A DNA stretch of 27,641 nucleotides from an uncultured virus (IMG/VR IMGVR_UViG_3300036761_000818) (IMGVR_UViG_3300036761_000818), one strand, 5' to 3'; shown: positions 17,701-25,799, numbered from the stretch's first letter. The notes: a model not told the origin generated them from the letters alone. A program made the numbers and translations.

Positions 17701-17924
17701 TCCCTGTCGAGAGAGACGCTCACGCGGTCGTCGGGGAGGAGAGCGAGGATGGCGCACGTCCTTCGGAGCGGGCTCACTTCGCGAGCGGCCTCGAAGCACC
17801 TCTGGCAGTGGACCGTCCAGTTCGGACGGAGGCCACCGAGGATTCCGAGCCCCTTCGGCACTCTTGCCCGGCAAACAGCGCAAGGCGCATCGAAAATGTT
17901 CGCGCCGTTGTACGAGACGGACAT
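14736..17924 (-). CDS. SNF2/SWI2-family ATPase with N-terminal Zn finger and C-terminal accessory modules, 1062 aa
   Basis: LYDYQ, GHDPGLGKT, LIADEAH, LLTGTPMLN, QAQDRIHRIGQ; N-terminal CAVC...HCQRC; likely start MSVSYNG. Confidence 0.92.
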   Translation of the reverse strand: MSVSYNGANIFDAPCAVCRARVPKGLGILGGLRPNWTVHCQRCFEAAREVSPLRRTCAILALLPDDRVSVSLDRDKVPREDFDRYLNAAKAVGFFWNPDFQAQVGEVRSVPALIKAVQDAGFDVKVIDPKLTARLQEKAEEARADVEGADERADITNKLLAKRNLKLYDYQRKSIQWLSARKTGLLGHDPGLGKTIISLVALPNNAPVLVISPAVAKGVWLREICNWRPDYGSCSVRTRAGLDYLEPEQGITVLEGRGSFVWPRPGEIVITNYDILPVTPSEHADAISLLDEWERRGKPESFRWTPPGAEEGETELVGATEVAQAERLSGMSPVTPPPEGTVLIADEAHIVRTRKSAKMSNRARRFRALAEYVRAEKGRSWLLTGTPMLNEPTELWAVLVATGCAKDVFGTRKRFDSLFRQNRDGTWTPHPSVPELLKRCMFRYSKHAVLKELPPKTREHVAVRIKPEDKEALDALLADVEKGRQERFEDLFEGEQEKYIKADEKRAKALEKRQKKAQEKGEEVDEGGEEEEEPDEATRLKEAQEYAHGRAQDFIPFNELSKVRAILANAKIPAALRIVQEYVDRGEPIVVFADHIEPVQAIYEKFGREAGGWALITGAISPRKRSAIEETFQRGNLRGVAGTIGASGVAITLTRATTAIFIEETWTPALNLQAQDRIHRIGQFKNVTIKVLVADHEMDRKIAAINKKKIELIEAVIGAASMDPEAVLVTEADDLEGAAKLALEAEGACGDDEAPVLLRPVPEPTRVGAPPQLTRPGAPPPAPTRAPVPPRAPAPPPAPERPPAPAPAPAPGVASVRRKGVTAREEEIGFMLAEIAKRSFGSPGDQDFGASIYRDLLRGGLTDKQWAAADRMLSKYGVLNEPAEVRGKRTSGGGPPAPRPGGAHPANTAVEKWAAGALASLAACDQDRACQRNDMGFSKFDGDFGHSLAEQIRTKGGLTDKQWAAAIKLASKYRRQVGAAPGAGKNPHEQGMWHVVVVEPIRGRKLSEGITGQEDVRTFVYESKNGEGSAVQRFEFPKALYEPEEAADWASLNGFSWIRVEG

Positions 17925-17926
17925 TT

Positions 17927-18127
17927 TCAGACCCTCGCCGGTTCCTGCGGTTGGCCCGCGTAGATGGTGAAGACGCCATCCGACTTCGCGCGCAAGCACG
18001 CGATGCACGGGCGCTTCCAGAACGTCTCCAGATCGAACGCCTCCGCACCGGCCTCAGAGAGAGGAATCCCGCAGTACGTCTTATCCGAATCGTTCGGCCG
18101 GAGGTGGACGAGTTCCTGTTCGCTCAC
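17927..18127 (-). CDS. small Zn-binding protein (H...C...CxxC)
   Basis: GTGA overlap; VHL...TYCG...CIAC. Confidence 0.6.
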   Translation of the reverse strand: MSEQELVHLRPNDSDKTYCGIPLSEAGAEAFDLETFWKRPCIACLRAKSDGVFTIYAGQPQEPARV

Positions 18128-21066
18128 GCGCCCGCTTCCTCTCTCGCAAGCTCCACGAGGATCATCGGCGTGATCTTCGCCATGACCGCCTTGACGGTAG
18201 GCTCTTCCCATCCATCGTCGTACTTCGACTTCCCCTTCACGGGGTCGTCGAAGATGGTTTTGCCGCCGTACGAGACATGGATGTCCCACGCGCCGGGCTT
18301 GCCGTACTCGTGCCCGATGACCTTTACCTGCTTCCTACCGACAGACGTATACACGTCGGCATCGATCCGGCGTCTGTCAAACGCCGACTGGAGCAGCGCT
18401 TCCTTCATGGAATCGAAGAACTTCATCGACTCTTCGGAGAGGTCTTCGGCCGACGGCATGAGGAGATCGGGGCGCCGCTTCGCGACGATCGCTCGGAACC
18501 GCGAGAGCATGAGCACCACGTCCTTGTCGTCCTCCATCTTCTCCGTCTCGGCGAGCTTCTTGTTGCCTACCTTCAGAATCGACTTCCTGCCGCCATCGTA
18601 GCGGCTTCCTTCCCGTTCGAGTATCCACCGGCGATCACGATCCGGGTCGTCCGGGTTGGAGGGGAGGTAGAAGGTTTCGTAGCCGCTCTCCTTGAAGCCC
18701 TTGTCCCTCTCAATGTCCTTGAACTTCTTCTCCACGTCTGGAACGAACTTGAGCTTCTTGACCTTCGACGTGGGCTTCCAGTCGGGCGGGCGCTTCACCA
18801 CGACATCCCTGATCCGCTTCAACTCCTGGAGCGAAAGAGCGACCCTGGCGATGTTGTCGGTGAGCGCGGCGGCATACCTGTCATCGTGACCATGGAAGCC
18901 GACGAGATGCACGACTTCGTGAAGCGCGATGGCGTGGATGAGCTTCAGGTCTTCATCGCTTCGCAGCGAGTAAAGGTCGCCAGCCTTGATCGACCCGCCT
19001 CGGAACGGGTTGAGCATGAGCCACTCTTCCCCCTCCTCGTCCTTGATGTACTCGCCCTTCGTCGCGCCCCACGTCGAGTTCTCCAAGTCCCACTCTTCCT
19101 TGAAAATCCAGCCGACGCCGTACGTCGCGCCCTTCTCGATCGCCGAGAGGAGCACGCAGCACACGCTCGACCAGAACTTCGCGATCTTGCGCAGCGTGGG
19201 CGACATCGCCTCCGGCGTGAACTTCGGCGAGACGTGGAAGTCCTCGATCGACGCCTCGATGTAGAAGTCGGGCTCCCACGTCAACTGCTGGACGATCGCT
19301 TCGACCTGATCCGCCCCCTTGACGCCCTTCGTGGCGAGCATCTGCAAGATCATCTCGGCCACGTCGGGCAAGAGGGCGAAGTCGGGACGCGCGCTCGGCG
19401 TGCCCTCTTCGTCGTCCTCGCCGATGACCTCGATCTCCTCGATGGGAACGGCGTTCGGCGCCATGCCCTTCGGGACGCCGCCAGCGGGGAACGGCTTCCA
19501 GATCACGATGTCGCCGGGCTGCACTTCATCGGGCTTCTTCAGGAGGTACTTCACTTCCTCCCCTGGCGGAAGCTCCTCGCCTGGAGCGAGCGGGCGGTAG
19601 CCGGGCGGAATCTCGGTCACGATGTCGGGCTTGCCGCGTTCCGCTGAAGGACCGCCGATCGGCGACGGTCCATCGCCAGTCGGGATGATCGGAACCGTCG
19701 GGACGGCGACATCGCCGGGCACCGTCGGCTTCGTTGTGATCCCCTCGGGAGGTGGCGCCGTGCCCTCTGCGGCGTGAACTATCTCCTCCTCTTCGCGCTT
19801 CAACCCGTTCCCGGCGAGAATCTCCTTGATCTTGTCTATGTTCTCGCGCTCGACGACCTTCTCGGCCGCACCTATCTTCTGCAAGATCATGGCTTTGAGG
19901 TCGCCCTGACCCTCTGCCTTGGCCTTGAACTTCCCCGAGCCGCGCCACTTCTTCTTGAGGATGTTCCGCTTCTTCTTGACGGCCGTCATCGTGTCGCGCG
20001 AGAGGAGCCGGAGGTAGTCCGAGACGGAGCCGCGGAGCGCCCAATCGCGGAAGTCCATCCGGTTCGCGTAGAGAACGTCTGTGCTCTTGGCGAGGATTTC
20101 GAGCGTGAAGTAGCCGGGGAGGTCGGAGGCGATCGAGTGCTCGAACATGTAGATGCCGTTCTTCCGAACGAAGAACCCCTTCGCCTTCCGCGCCCGCGGC
20201 CGGTAGTGGAGCCGCGCCTTCCCGAGCCCCTTGTACTCATCTGCTTCGTCGCCGTCTTCGAGGTCTGCGTAGATGCGCTCGCCGTTCAGCGTGATCCTGA
20301 CGCGCGGGAGGTAGCAGCGCTCGATGACGTTCCGGGCCGACTCCTTGTCGGTCTTCTTGTCGGCGGGCATCCGAACGGTGAGCTTCGTGCCGTCGAGGAA
20401 CGGCGCCTTGTCGTCGTGCTCAAGCTCCTGGCTCGCGAACTTGCCTCGGGCGATGTGGTTCTGCGTGTGAATCTCGTACGAGAGCCACGGGAGGAGGAGG
20501 AGCCGCTTCGCCTCTCCGAACCCGCCAGCCGCGCCCTCGACGCCCGTCTTTCCCGACGGGCCGAGCGTCAGGAACTTCCCGAAGAGCACTTCCTCCGTCA
20601 TGCCGCCGCCGTCATCCTCGCACGACACGAGGAGCGTCCCGTCGCTCTGCTCTTCCGTCTTGAGGGTGACGCGCGTGTACCCGTCCGCTCCGTGCTTCTG
20701 CTGCCCGGCGTCCACTGCGTTCTGGATCGCCTCACGCCACCACATCTGCTGCCACGGGTTGTAGTCGGACAGCGCCTTCGTGTAGAACTCCTCGCCGATT
20801 CTGAGGAACGCGACCTTCACGCCCTCGGCGGGGTTCACTCGCGTTTCGCCACCGAAAACCTGGACGGCGACCGACTTCACGCCATTCTCGACGGGGTAGT
20901 CGCCGATGACCTCTGCGGCGCCCATGTAGACCGCGGCCATGAGCGACCCGTAGCCGTCCGTGTCGGAGTCGGCGGTGTAGAGTCCCGGGTCAAGGGCCTC
21001 GACACGCTCGGTCAGGTTGCGCGCTTGCAGCGGACCCCGGGTGGACTTCGTGGTTGAGCGGCTCAT
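18124..21066 (-). CDS. GHKL (MORC/Hsp90-like) ATPase fused to HEXXH metallopeptidase, 980 aa
   Basis: REAIQNAVDA, DDGGGM, SGK...GGFGEA, GTKLTV; later IALHEVVH...GHD; AGGAG RBS. Confidence 0.85.
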   Translation of the reverse strand: MSRSTTKSTRGPLQARNLTERVEALDPGLYTADSDTDGYGSLMAAVYMGAAEVIGDYPVENGVKSVAVQVFGGETRVNPAEGVKVAFLRIGEEFYTKALSDYNPWQQMWWREAIQNAVDAGQQKHGADGYTRVTLKTEEQSDGTLLVSCEDDGGGMTEEVLFGKFLTLGPSGKTGVEGAAGGFGEAKRLLLLPWLSYEIHTQNHIARGKFASQELEHDDKAPFLDGTKLTVRMPADKKTDKESARNVIERCYLPRVRITLNGERIYADLEDGDEADEYKGLGKARLHYRPRARKAKGFFVRKNGIYMFEHSIASDLPGYFTLEILAKSTDVLYANRMDFRDWALRGSVSDYLRLLSRDTMTAVKKKRNILKKKWRGSGKFKAKAEGQGDLKAMILQKIGAAEKVVERENIDKIKEILAGNGLKREEEEIVHAAEGTAPPPEGITTKPTVPGDVAVPTVPIIPTGDGPSPIGGPSAERGKPDIVTEIPPGYRPLAPGEELPPGEEVKYLLKKPDEVQPGDIVIWKPFPAGGVPKGMAPNAVPIEEIEVIGEDDEEGTPSARPDFALLPDVAEMILQMLATKGVKGADQVEAIVQQLTWEPDFYIEASIEDFHVSPKFTPEAMSPTLRKIAKFWSSVCCVLLSAIEKGATYGVGWIFKEEWDLENSTWGATKGEYIKDEEGEEWLMLNPFRGGSIKAGDLYSLRSDEDLKLIHAIALHEVVHLVGFHGHDDRYAAALTDNIARVALSLQELKRIRDVVVKRPPDWKPTSKVKKLKFVPDVEKKFKDIERDKGFKESGYETFYLPSNPDDPDRDRRWILEREGSRYDGGRKSILKVGNKKLAETEKMEDDKDVVLMLSRFRAIVAKRRPDLLMPSAEDLSEESMKFFDSMKEALLQSAFDRRRIDADVYTSVGRKQVKVIGHEYGKPGAWDIHVSYGGKTIFDDPVKGKSKYDDGWEEPTVKAVMAKITPMILVELAREEAGA

Positions 21067-21075
21067 CTTGATCTC

Positions 21076-22296
21076 CTAATTTGCGCGCAAGATTGACGTG
21101 ATCCTACGTGTACGAGTCCACTCATTGACGATCCTGATCCCGGCGTACGTGGCGAGCGCGAGGAGCCCGATACGTGCGACGGGATGATCGAGAAAGAAGC
21201 GGACAGGAGCGGAAGGTTGCTCCGACATGGGGAGGCCGGGAGTAGGCTTCAACTCGACGGGTCCACTCGGGACGTACGTCGCCACAGCGTTCTCCGAACA
21301 GCCCGGGAACGGCGCCGACTGCGGACACGGCGCCACGATGCAGGAGATGCTCGGATGATCCGCGGCCCACTGCGATTTTTCCTGCGCGCACTTGAGGGTC
21401 GAGAGCCCGCCCTTCGGCATGATGCCGTGCTCGTACTGGTAGCGCGACATGCTCGTACCGAGCGGCGCGATCTCCGGCATCGAAACCCACATGCCGCCGC
21501 CGGGAAGTTCGACGGGCTGATCCCAAATCGGATTCGGGCGCCCGGGGCTCGACGGGCATCCCCTGCCCCACCACGCTTCCTTCACGAACCCGTAGTTGTC
21601 GTACTCGCAACCGAAGATCGAGCGGTGCGTGCCGGTGTCGGTGAGGGTGTCGGTGAGGACGGCGAGGAGTGCCGGGTCGAACTGCCCGAGCGCCCCGCCC
21701 TTCTTGACCTCATCCACGAACGCGAGCCCCGCGTCGCCCTGAATCTCGGCGATCATCTCGCGCGTAACGTCCTGCGCGTTCGTGTCGGGGCCGGTCCACT
21801 CCGCGCGCTCCATGGCCGACTGCGCGCCGGGCCATCCTGCCTGGACATCCGCGGCCGACGGCGCTGGCGTCCTGAACCTCGCGTTCGCTCGGCTGCGGAG
21901 GATTGCGCCGTTCGGCGGCACCTTCCGCACGAGCGAGAGGCTCCACTGCGGGTAGCCAGCGATGATGTCGCGGATCGTCGCGTCGAGGTCCGCACCGGGG
22001 TTCGACCCGATCAGGACGACGCCTTCCTGGATCGGGTCGAAAAGACCAGCGAACCCGTATGAACGCCGGTAAAACGATCCAAGCCCGAGCTTGGCGATGG
22101 CGTCCTTCGCCCGACACGGTGCGCACTCGGGGCATCCGAGCCCCATCAGACAGCCTGGGCAGAAACCGAGCCCTGCAACGCCCGAGGATTGTGAATGCCG
22201 CCACGGGCGCCAGTAACGGTCCCACTGCGACCCGTCGGCTATCCGAGGGTCGTGGATGTCGGCCGCGGAAGGCGGCGCAAGCTCTGCCCACTGCAT
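21076..22296 (-). CDS. Cys/Gly-rich protein with GLG motifs and C-terminal TM anchor
   Basis: AGGAGG RBS; GLGFCPGCLMGLGCPECAPC...LGLGS; C-terminal IGLLALATYAGI. Confidence 0.75.
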   Translation of the reverse strand: MQWAELAPPSAADIHDPRIADGSQWDRYWRPWRHSQSSGVAGLGFCPGCLMGLGCPECAPCRAKDAIAKLGLGSFYRRSYGFAGLFDPIQEGVVLIGSNPGADLDATIRDIIAGYPQWSLSLVRKVPPNGAILRSRANARFRTPAPSAADVQAGWPGAQSAMERAEWTGPDTNAQDVTREMIAEIQGDAGLAFVDEVKKGGALGQFDPALLAVLTDTLTDTGTHRSIFGCEYDNYGFVKEAWWGRGCPSSPGRPNPIWDQPVELPGGGMWVSMPEIAPLGTSMSRYQYEHGIMPKGGLSTLKCAQEKSQWAADHPSISCIVAPCPQSAPFPGCSENAVATYVPSGPVELKPTPGLPMSEQPSAPVRFFLDHPVARIGLLALATYAGIRIVNEWTRTRRITSILRAN

Positions 22297-22311
22297 GGAC
22301 GCCTCCTGTGC

Positions 22312-22674
22312 CTACTGCTGCTGCTCTTGCCTCGAAACCTGCACGATTGCCTGAACCCCCGTCGCGAGCGCCCCCCCGATGATCGCCGGGAAGACGTAGC
22401 GTGGAACGAGGTAGCCGACGAGGCCGACCGTGAGGAGCCCAAGGACGCCGGTGAAGATGATCGACTTCACGCCCTTGATCTCGGGCGCGAGCTTGTACGG
22501 CACATAGAGCGCGAGCGCACTGGCGCCGCCGCCGACTCCATAGGCAGTGGCGGTGCTCGCGGTCGCGAGCGTCTTCTGCTTCGCGCTCTCGTAGAACCGC
22601 TTGAATCCCTCGATGCGATCATCGATCGCTGCGCCTACTTCCTTGAAGGCGTTCGGGCTGGCTCGTCGCTTCAT
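22312..22674 (-). CDS. multi-TM small membrane protein
   Basis: GGAGG RBS; two to three hydrophobic segments. Confidence 0.72.
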   Translation of the reverse strand: MKRRASPNAFKEVGAAIDDRIEGFKRFYESAKQKTLATASTATAYGVGGGASALALYVPYKLAPEIKGVKSIIFTGVLGLLTVGLVGYLVPRYVFPAIIGGALATGVQAIVQVSRQEQQQ

Positions 22675-22689
22675 CGTAGACGCCTCCGT

Positions 22690-23079
22690 TCAGACCGCCG
22701 CGATACCGACCGTGATCGCCGTCTTCGCGAGGGCGAGCCCAACATCGATGGCGGTGTCGAGCACGCGCTTCATGCGCCGGAGCGCCGCCTGTGCCTTCTC
22801 CTCCACCACCTTGAGCGCCAGGAACTCCAAAGCCTCGTTCTCGCGCCGGGCGGCTTCTTGCGCGATGTCGGGGTCGATCTTACCCGCGAGCCCGTCGGAG
22901 AGGTACGCAGCGGCCTTCTGCTCGATCTCGTAGGCTTCCTCGATGTACTTCGGGGCCGAACTCTTGATGTCGTCCATGGCCAAACGAAGCTCTTCGGAGA
23001 GCTTCATCGTCACGCGCGACGCTGCGAGAGCGAACTCGGTCGAGAGCCTCCTCTTCACACCGTCGGCGGCGTCGCTCAT
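22690..23079 (-). CDS. helical hypothetical protein with hydrophobic C-terminus
   Basis: GGAGG RBS and ATGA overlap. Confidence 0.7.
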   Translation of the reverse strand: MSDAADGVKRRLSTEFALAASRVTMKLSEELRLAMDDIKSSAPKYIEEAYEIEQKAAAYLSDGLAGKIDPDIAQEAARRENEALEFLALKVVEEKAQAALRRMKRVLDTAIDVGLALAKTAITVGIAAV

Positions 23080-23363
23080 CCGGGAACCTCCAGAACTCCA
23101 TCGTGGTGTGCCACCGTGTAACCGTTTGTGTCAGCGCACTCCCCGCACATGAGCGAAAGCTCGTCCGTCGCGTGCTCCTCGGCGCTCTTGATGACGCAAA
23201 CGAGCGAGCCGACGCGGCCGGGCTTCGGCCGCTCGATGCTGCCGACGGGGAATCCACCGATGACGTGCTTGCAGACGATGTAGCCGAGCACGTCGTCGCC
23301 GTGCTCGGAGCACGAGACGAATTGCTTCTTCCGCCTCTTCCTCGGCGTGAAACCCGTGCTCAC
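23076..23363 (-). CDS. small Zn-binding protein
   Basis: CSEH, CKH, C, CGEC; GTGA and ATGA coupling. Confidence 0.65.
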   Translation of the reverse strand: MSTGFTPRKRRKKQFVSCSEHGDDVLGYIVCKHVIGGFPVGSIERPKPGRVGSLVCVIKSAEEHATDELSLMCGECADTNGYTVAHHDGVLEVPG

Positions 23364-23929
23364 GCCTCGCTCTCCTCTTCGTCCTCTTCGTCCTCGTCCT
23401 CGTCCTCTTCCTCTTCCTCGCGCTCGTGCTCGTGCTCTTCCTCTTCCTCGGGGTCGCCCTCGAAATACGGTCCAGGGAAGCCGTGGCGGTCCTCGTCCCT
23501 GGACTCTTCCTCGTCCTCGTCCTCATCCGGCGGGTTCATCGAAGCGACGCTCGTGAGGGCCTCCATGTCAACGCCAGCCCACTTGAAGAGCGCGTAGCTC
23601 GCGCCGAGCCCGAGCGCGGCCCATCCCCACCACGGGATGCGCTTGACGAGCATGAGGAGGCCCATCGCCGGTGCGGCCTGGGTGGCGGCTTCTCCGATCG
23701 CCGCCTGTGCGGCAGCGTTGAAACGGTACAGCGGAGGCGCCGTGTAGCCCCGTGGCGACTCGACTGCCTCCTTCTCGGCCTCGAAGGTCACGCCCTCGGG
23801 AAGCGCGTCCGTGCTCCCCTGCTGCTCCATTGTGGCCTCGGCAGAGGCGACGCCAGTGCCGTTGTCATCGCCCACATACCCGAACCCGGAGATGGGCGCG
23901 TACCTGCTTGGATTCTTCGGCGCGATCAC
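23360..23929 (-). CDS. TM protein with NP-delimited very acidic C-terminal tail
   Basis: GAGGAG RBS; IPWWGWAALGLGASYALF TM, then MNPP-DEDEDEEE... tail. Confidence 0.75.
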   Translation of the reverse strand: MIAPKNPSRYAPISGFGYVGDDNGTGVASAEATMEQQGSTDALPEGVTFEAEKEAVESPRGYTAPPLYRFNAAAQAAIGEAATQAAPAMGLLMLVKRIPWWGWAALGLGASYALFKWAGVDMEALTSVASMNPPDEDEDEEESRDEDRHGFPGPYFEGDPEEEEEHEHEREEEEEDEDEDEEDEEESEA

Positions 23930-23999
23930 GACTTGCGTCTCCTCACTAACCTTCCCCGGCTCTCCGGGCGCCCCTTTTTTGACAACCTTCTGACGAACC

Positions 24000-24215
24000 C
24001 TACGTCAGAAAATCCCACGCCAAGTACCCGAGGACAGCCACGACGAGGAGCCCGCCGACCGAGATCGACGGCTTGTGGATAACTGGTGGACGTTCCGGCG
24101 GAACATACGCGCCCTCCTCGACTCCCGTCATCGACGTGCCTGTGGATAACGTGAGCGGAGTCCTTGGCTGCATGACGCCCTGCCCAAAGTCCTGTCCGAG
24201 CCCGCGATTGAACAC
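24000..24215 (-). CDS. small GLG-motif protein with C-terminal TM
   Basis: GAGG RBS plus GTG; RGLGQDFGQG; VGGLLVVAVLGYLAW. Confidence 0.7.
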   Translation of the reverse strand: MFNRGLGQDFGQGVMQPRTPLTLSTGTSMTGVEEGAYVPPERPPVIHKPSISVGGLLVVAVLGYLAWDFLT

Positions 24216-24225
24216 GCAACCCCTC

Positions 24226-24585
24226 TCAAAACAAGAGCTTGTAGCCCACGTAGTACACGACTGCGGCGATGGCGACCTTCGGCACGGTTCCGAGTTCCTG
24301 GTACTTCTGCCAGATCGACTTCTCTGTCGGCGCTACCTGCGCCGAAGTGATTGGTTCGGGCGACCCTTGGACCCCGCCGGGGCCAGTTGGACCGCCTCAC
24401 CTGAAGACCGAGTGTCCTGGCGCCGCGAGGTCGCCGTCGGTGAGGAGGTGGCTTGGAAGACGGTCGCCCTGCGTGGCGGCGACGAGCGCGAAGAGCCCCC
24501 GCGTGTCATCGCTGACGGGGCTCACCGACTGCCCGGCAGCACGAAGGGCTTCCGCTTGGTTGAGGAACCCGAGTCCGTAGCTCAT
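24226..24585 (-). CDS. GLG-motif membrane protein interrupted by an in-frame TGA (24397-24399); readthrough gene or pseudogene
   Basis: MSYGLGFL...HSVFR*GGPTGPGG...KVAIAAVVYYVGYKLLF*; the frame stays open for 56 codons after the TGA and ends at the RBS of the next gene. Confidence 0.65.
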
Positions 24586-24860
24586 GGCGTCTCTTTCCCC
24601 TGTTTGGCCTTCTCGTAGTCCAAGAGCTTCTTGAGTCGGTCAAGCTCGCTGTCCTGTAGCGCCTGGATGCCCGCGAGATCGCGCTCGCTCGACTTCTCCT
24701 TCGCCATCTCCTTCTTCCAGCGATCGTAGTCGGAGGTCCGCGCCTCGATTGCCCGCTCGACCCCTCTGATCGTCGCCTCGTCTCGCTCGTGGAGCGTGAC
24801 GCACCCCGGCGACGATGCGATTGCGATGAGCGCGATCAGAAGACAGGGAATCCTCTTCAT
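24582..24860 (-). CDS. lipoprotein (coiled coil)
   Basis: MKRIPCLLIALIAIASSPG-C lipobox-like signal; GGAGG RBS. Confidence 0.72.
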   Translation of the reverse strand: MKRIPCLLIALIAIASSPGCVTLHERDEATIRGVERAIEARTSDYDRWKKEMAKEKSSERDLAGIQALQDSELDRLKKLLDYEKAKQGKETP

Positions 24861-24882
24861 GCCGACCTCCACTCGACCGCCG

Positions 24883-25104
24883 CTACGCTGCGGTCATGCC
24901 CTTCAGCGCAGAGTCGATCGCCGCGTTCGCCTTGCTGAACATGCGCCTCGACTCGTCCACCGTGACCCTTGAGGCGGTGATCCTCTGCGTCTCGCAACCG
25001 TTCACCGGAGCCTCGGGCCTCGTCCCGTTCGCGAGGCTTCCAAGCAAGCCGTCGAGTGCCTTGTCGGCCTTCTCGACAAGCGCCCTGTACTCGTTGGGCG
25101 ACAT
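24883..25104 (-). CDS. hypothetical protein (73 aa)
   Basis: AAGGAG RBS before MSPNEY. Confidence 0.65.
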   Translation of the reverse strand: MSPNEYRALVEKADKALDGLLGSLANGTRPEAPVNGCETQRITASRVTVDESRRMFSKANAAIDSALKGMTAA

Positions 25105-25118
25105 GCGCGCACTCCTTC

Positions 25119-25337
25119 CTAATCGTCCTTTCCCGATTTCACCTTGAGCATGAGCTTCTCGCATAGGTCCGTGAGCTTCTGGACGAGCGGCGCGCAGAGC
25201 TTGTACGCATCGACCTCCCGCGCGTTCGACTTGAGAAGCTGCCAGAAGAGCGACACGACGGCCAGCGTCAGGCCGCTCACGGCGAAGATCAGCAGCTTCT
25301 CCGTCGGAGTGAGCCCGGGGATGTCTGTTGGATTCAT
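25119..25337 (-). CDS. small single-TM protein
   Basis: LLIFAVSGLTLAVVSLFW; holin-like size. Confidence 0.65.
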   Translation of the reverse strand: MNPTDIPGLTPTEKLLIFAVSGLTLAVVSLFWQLLKSNAREVDAYKLCAPLVQKLTDLCEKLMLKVKSGKDD

Positions 25338-25352
25338 GCTCGATGCTCATCC

Positions 25353-25790
25353 TCATGTCCCTGCTGGCTGCGTCTCGTACTTCGCCCTGCTCGCAACGTA
25401 AGCGAGCGCGGCAAGACCCGTTCCTCCAGCTATCAGGAGCGTCCTCGGCTTCACGAACCTGCCGACGAGCCCTCCAATTCCCAGGATGGTGAAGAGCACG
25501 CCGCCCACCCCCGCAAGGATGAGCGGCGTGTAGTTCGCGCTCGGGCTACCGTACGGCGCCCATGTGTACGGCCCCGTCGGTAGAGCGACAACGATCTCGG
25601 GCTTCAGGATCGACATGAGCGGGTTCGGAGCGGGCGGCGGCGGTGGAGGCCCCGTCTGCTCTGCGAACGGGTCGATCAAGAACGGTTGATCTGCATTGAG
25701 ATTCGACCGGATCGAGATCGGCCCCACGGCAGCGCCTACTACCTGCGTGCCCGCCGCAGCGATGAAGCTCATGAAGTTGTCGCCGAGCAT
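25353..25790 (-). CDS. membrane protein with two C-terminal TM segments
   Basis: GGAG RBS; LILAGVGGVLFTILGIGGLV and LLIAGGTGLAALAYV. Confidence 0.75.
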   Translation of the reverse strand: MLGDNFMSFIAAAGTQVVGAAVGPISIRSNLNADQPFLIDPFAEQTGPPPPPPAPNPLMSILKPEIVVALPTGPYTWAPYGSPSANYTPLILAGVGGVLFTILGIGGLVGRFVKPRTLLIAGGTGLAALAYVASRAKYETQPAGT

Positions 25791-25799
25791 GAGGTTCTC

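Noticed and set aside
23954..23984. Hairpin plus T-run as an intrinsic terminator
   Set aside because: The short stem is separated from the T-run and lies on the strand opposite the local genes.
23926..24219. 97-aa minus-strand ORF
   Set aside because: It overlaps the better-supported 24000-24215 gene in another frame and has Arg-rich off-frame composition.
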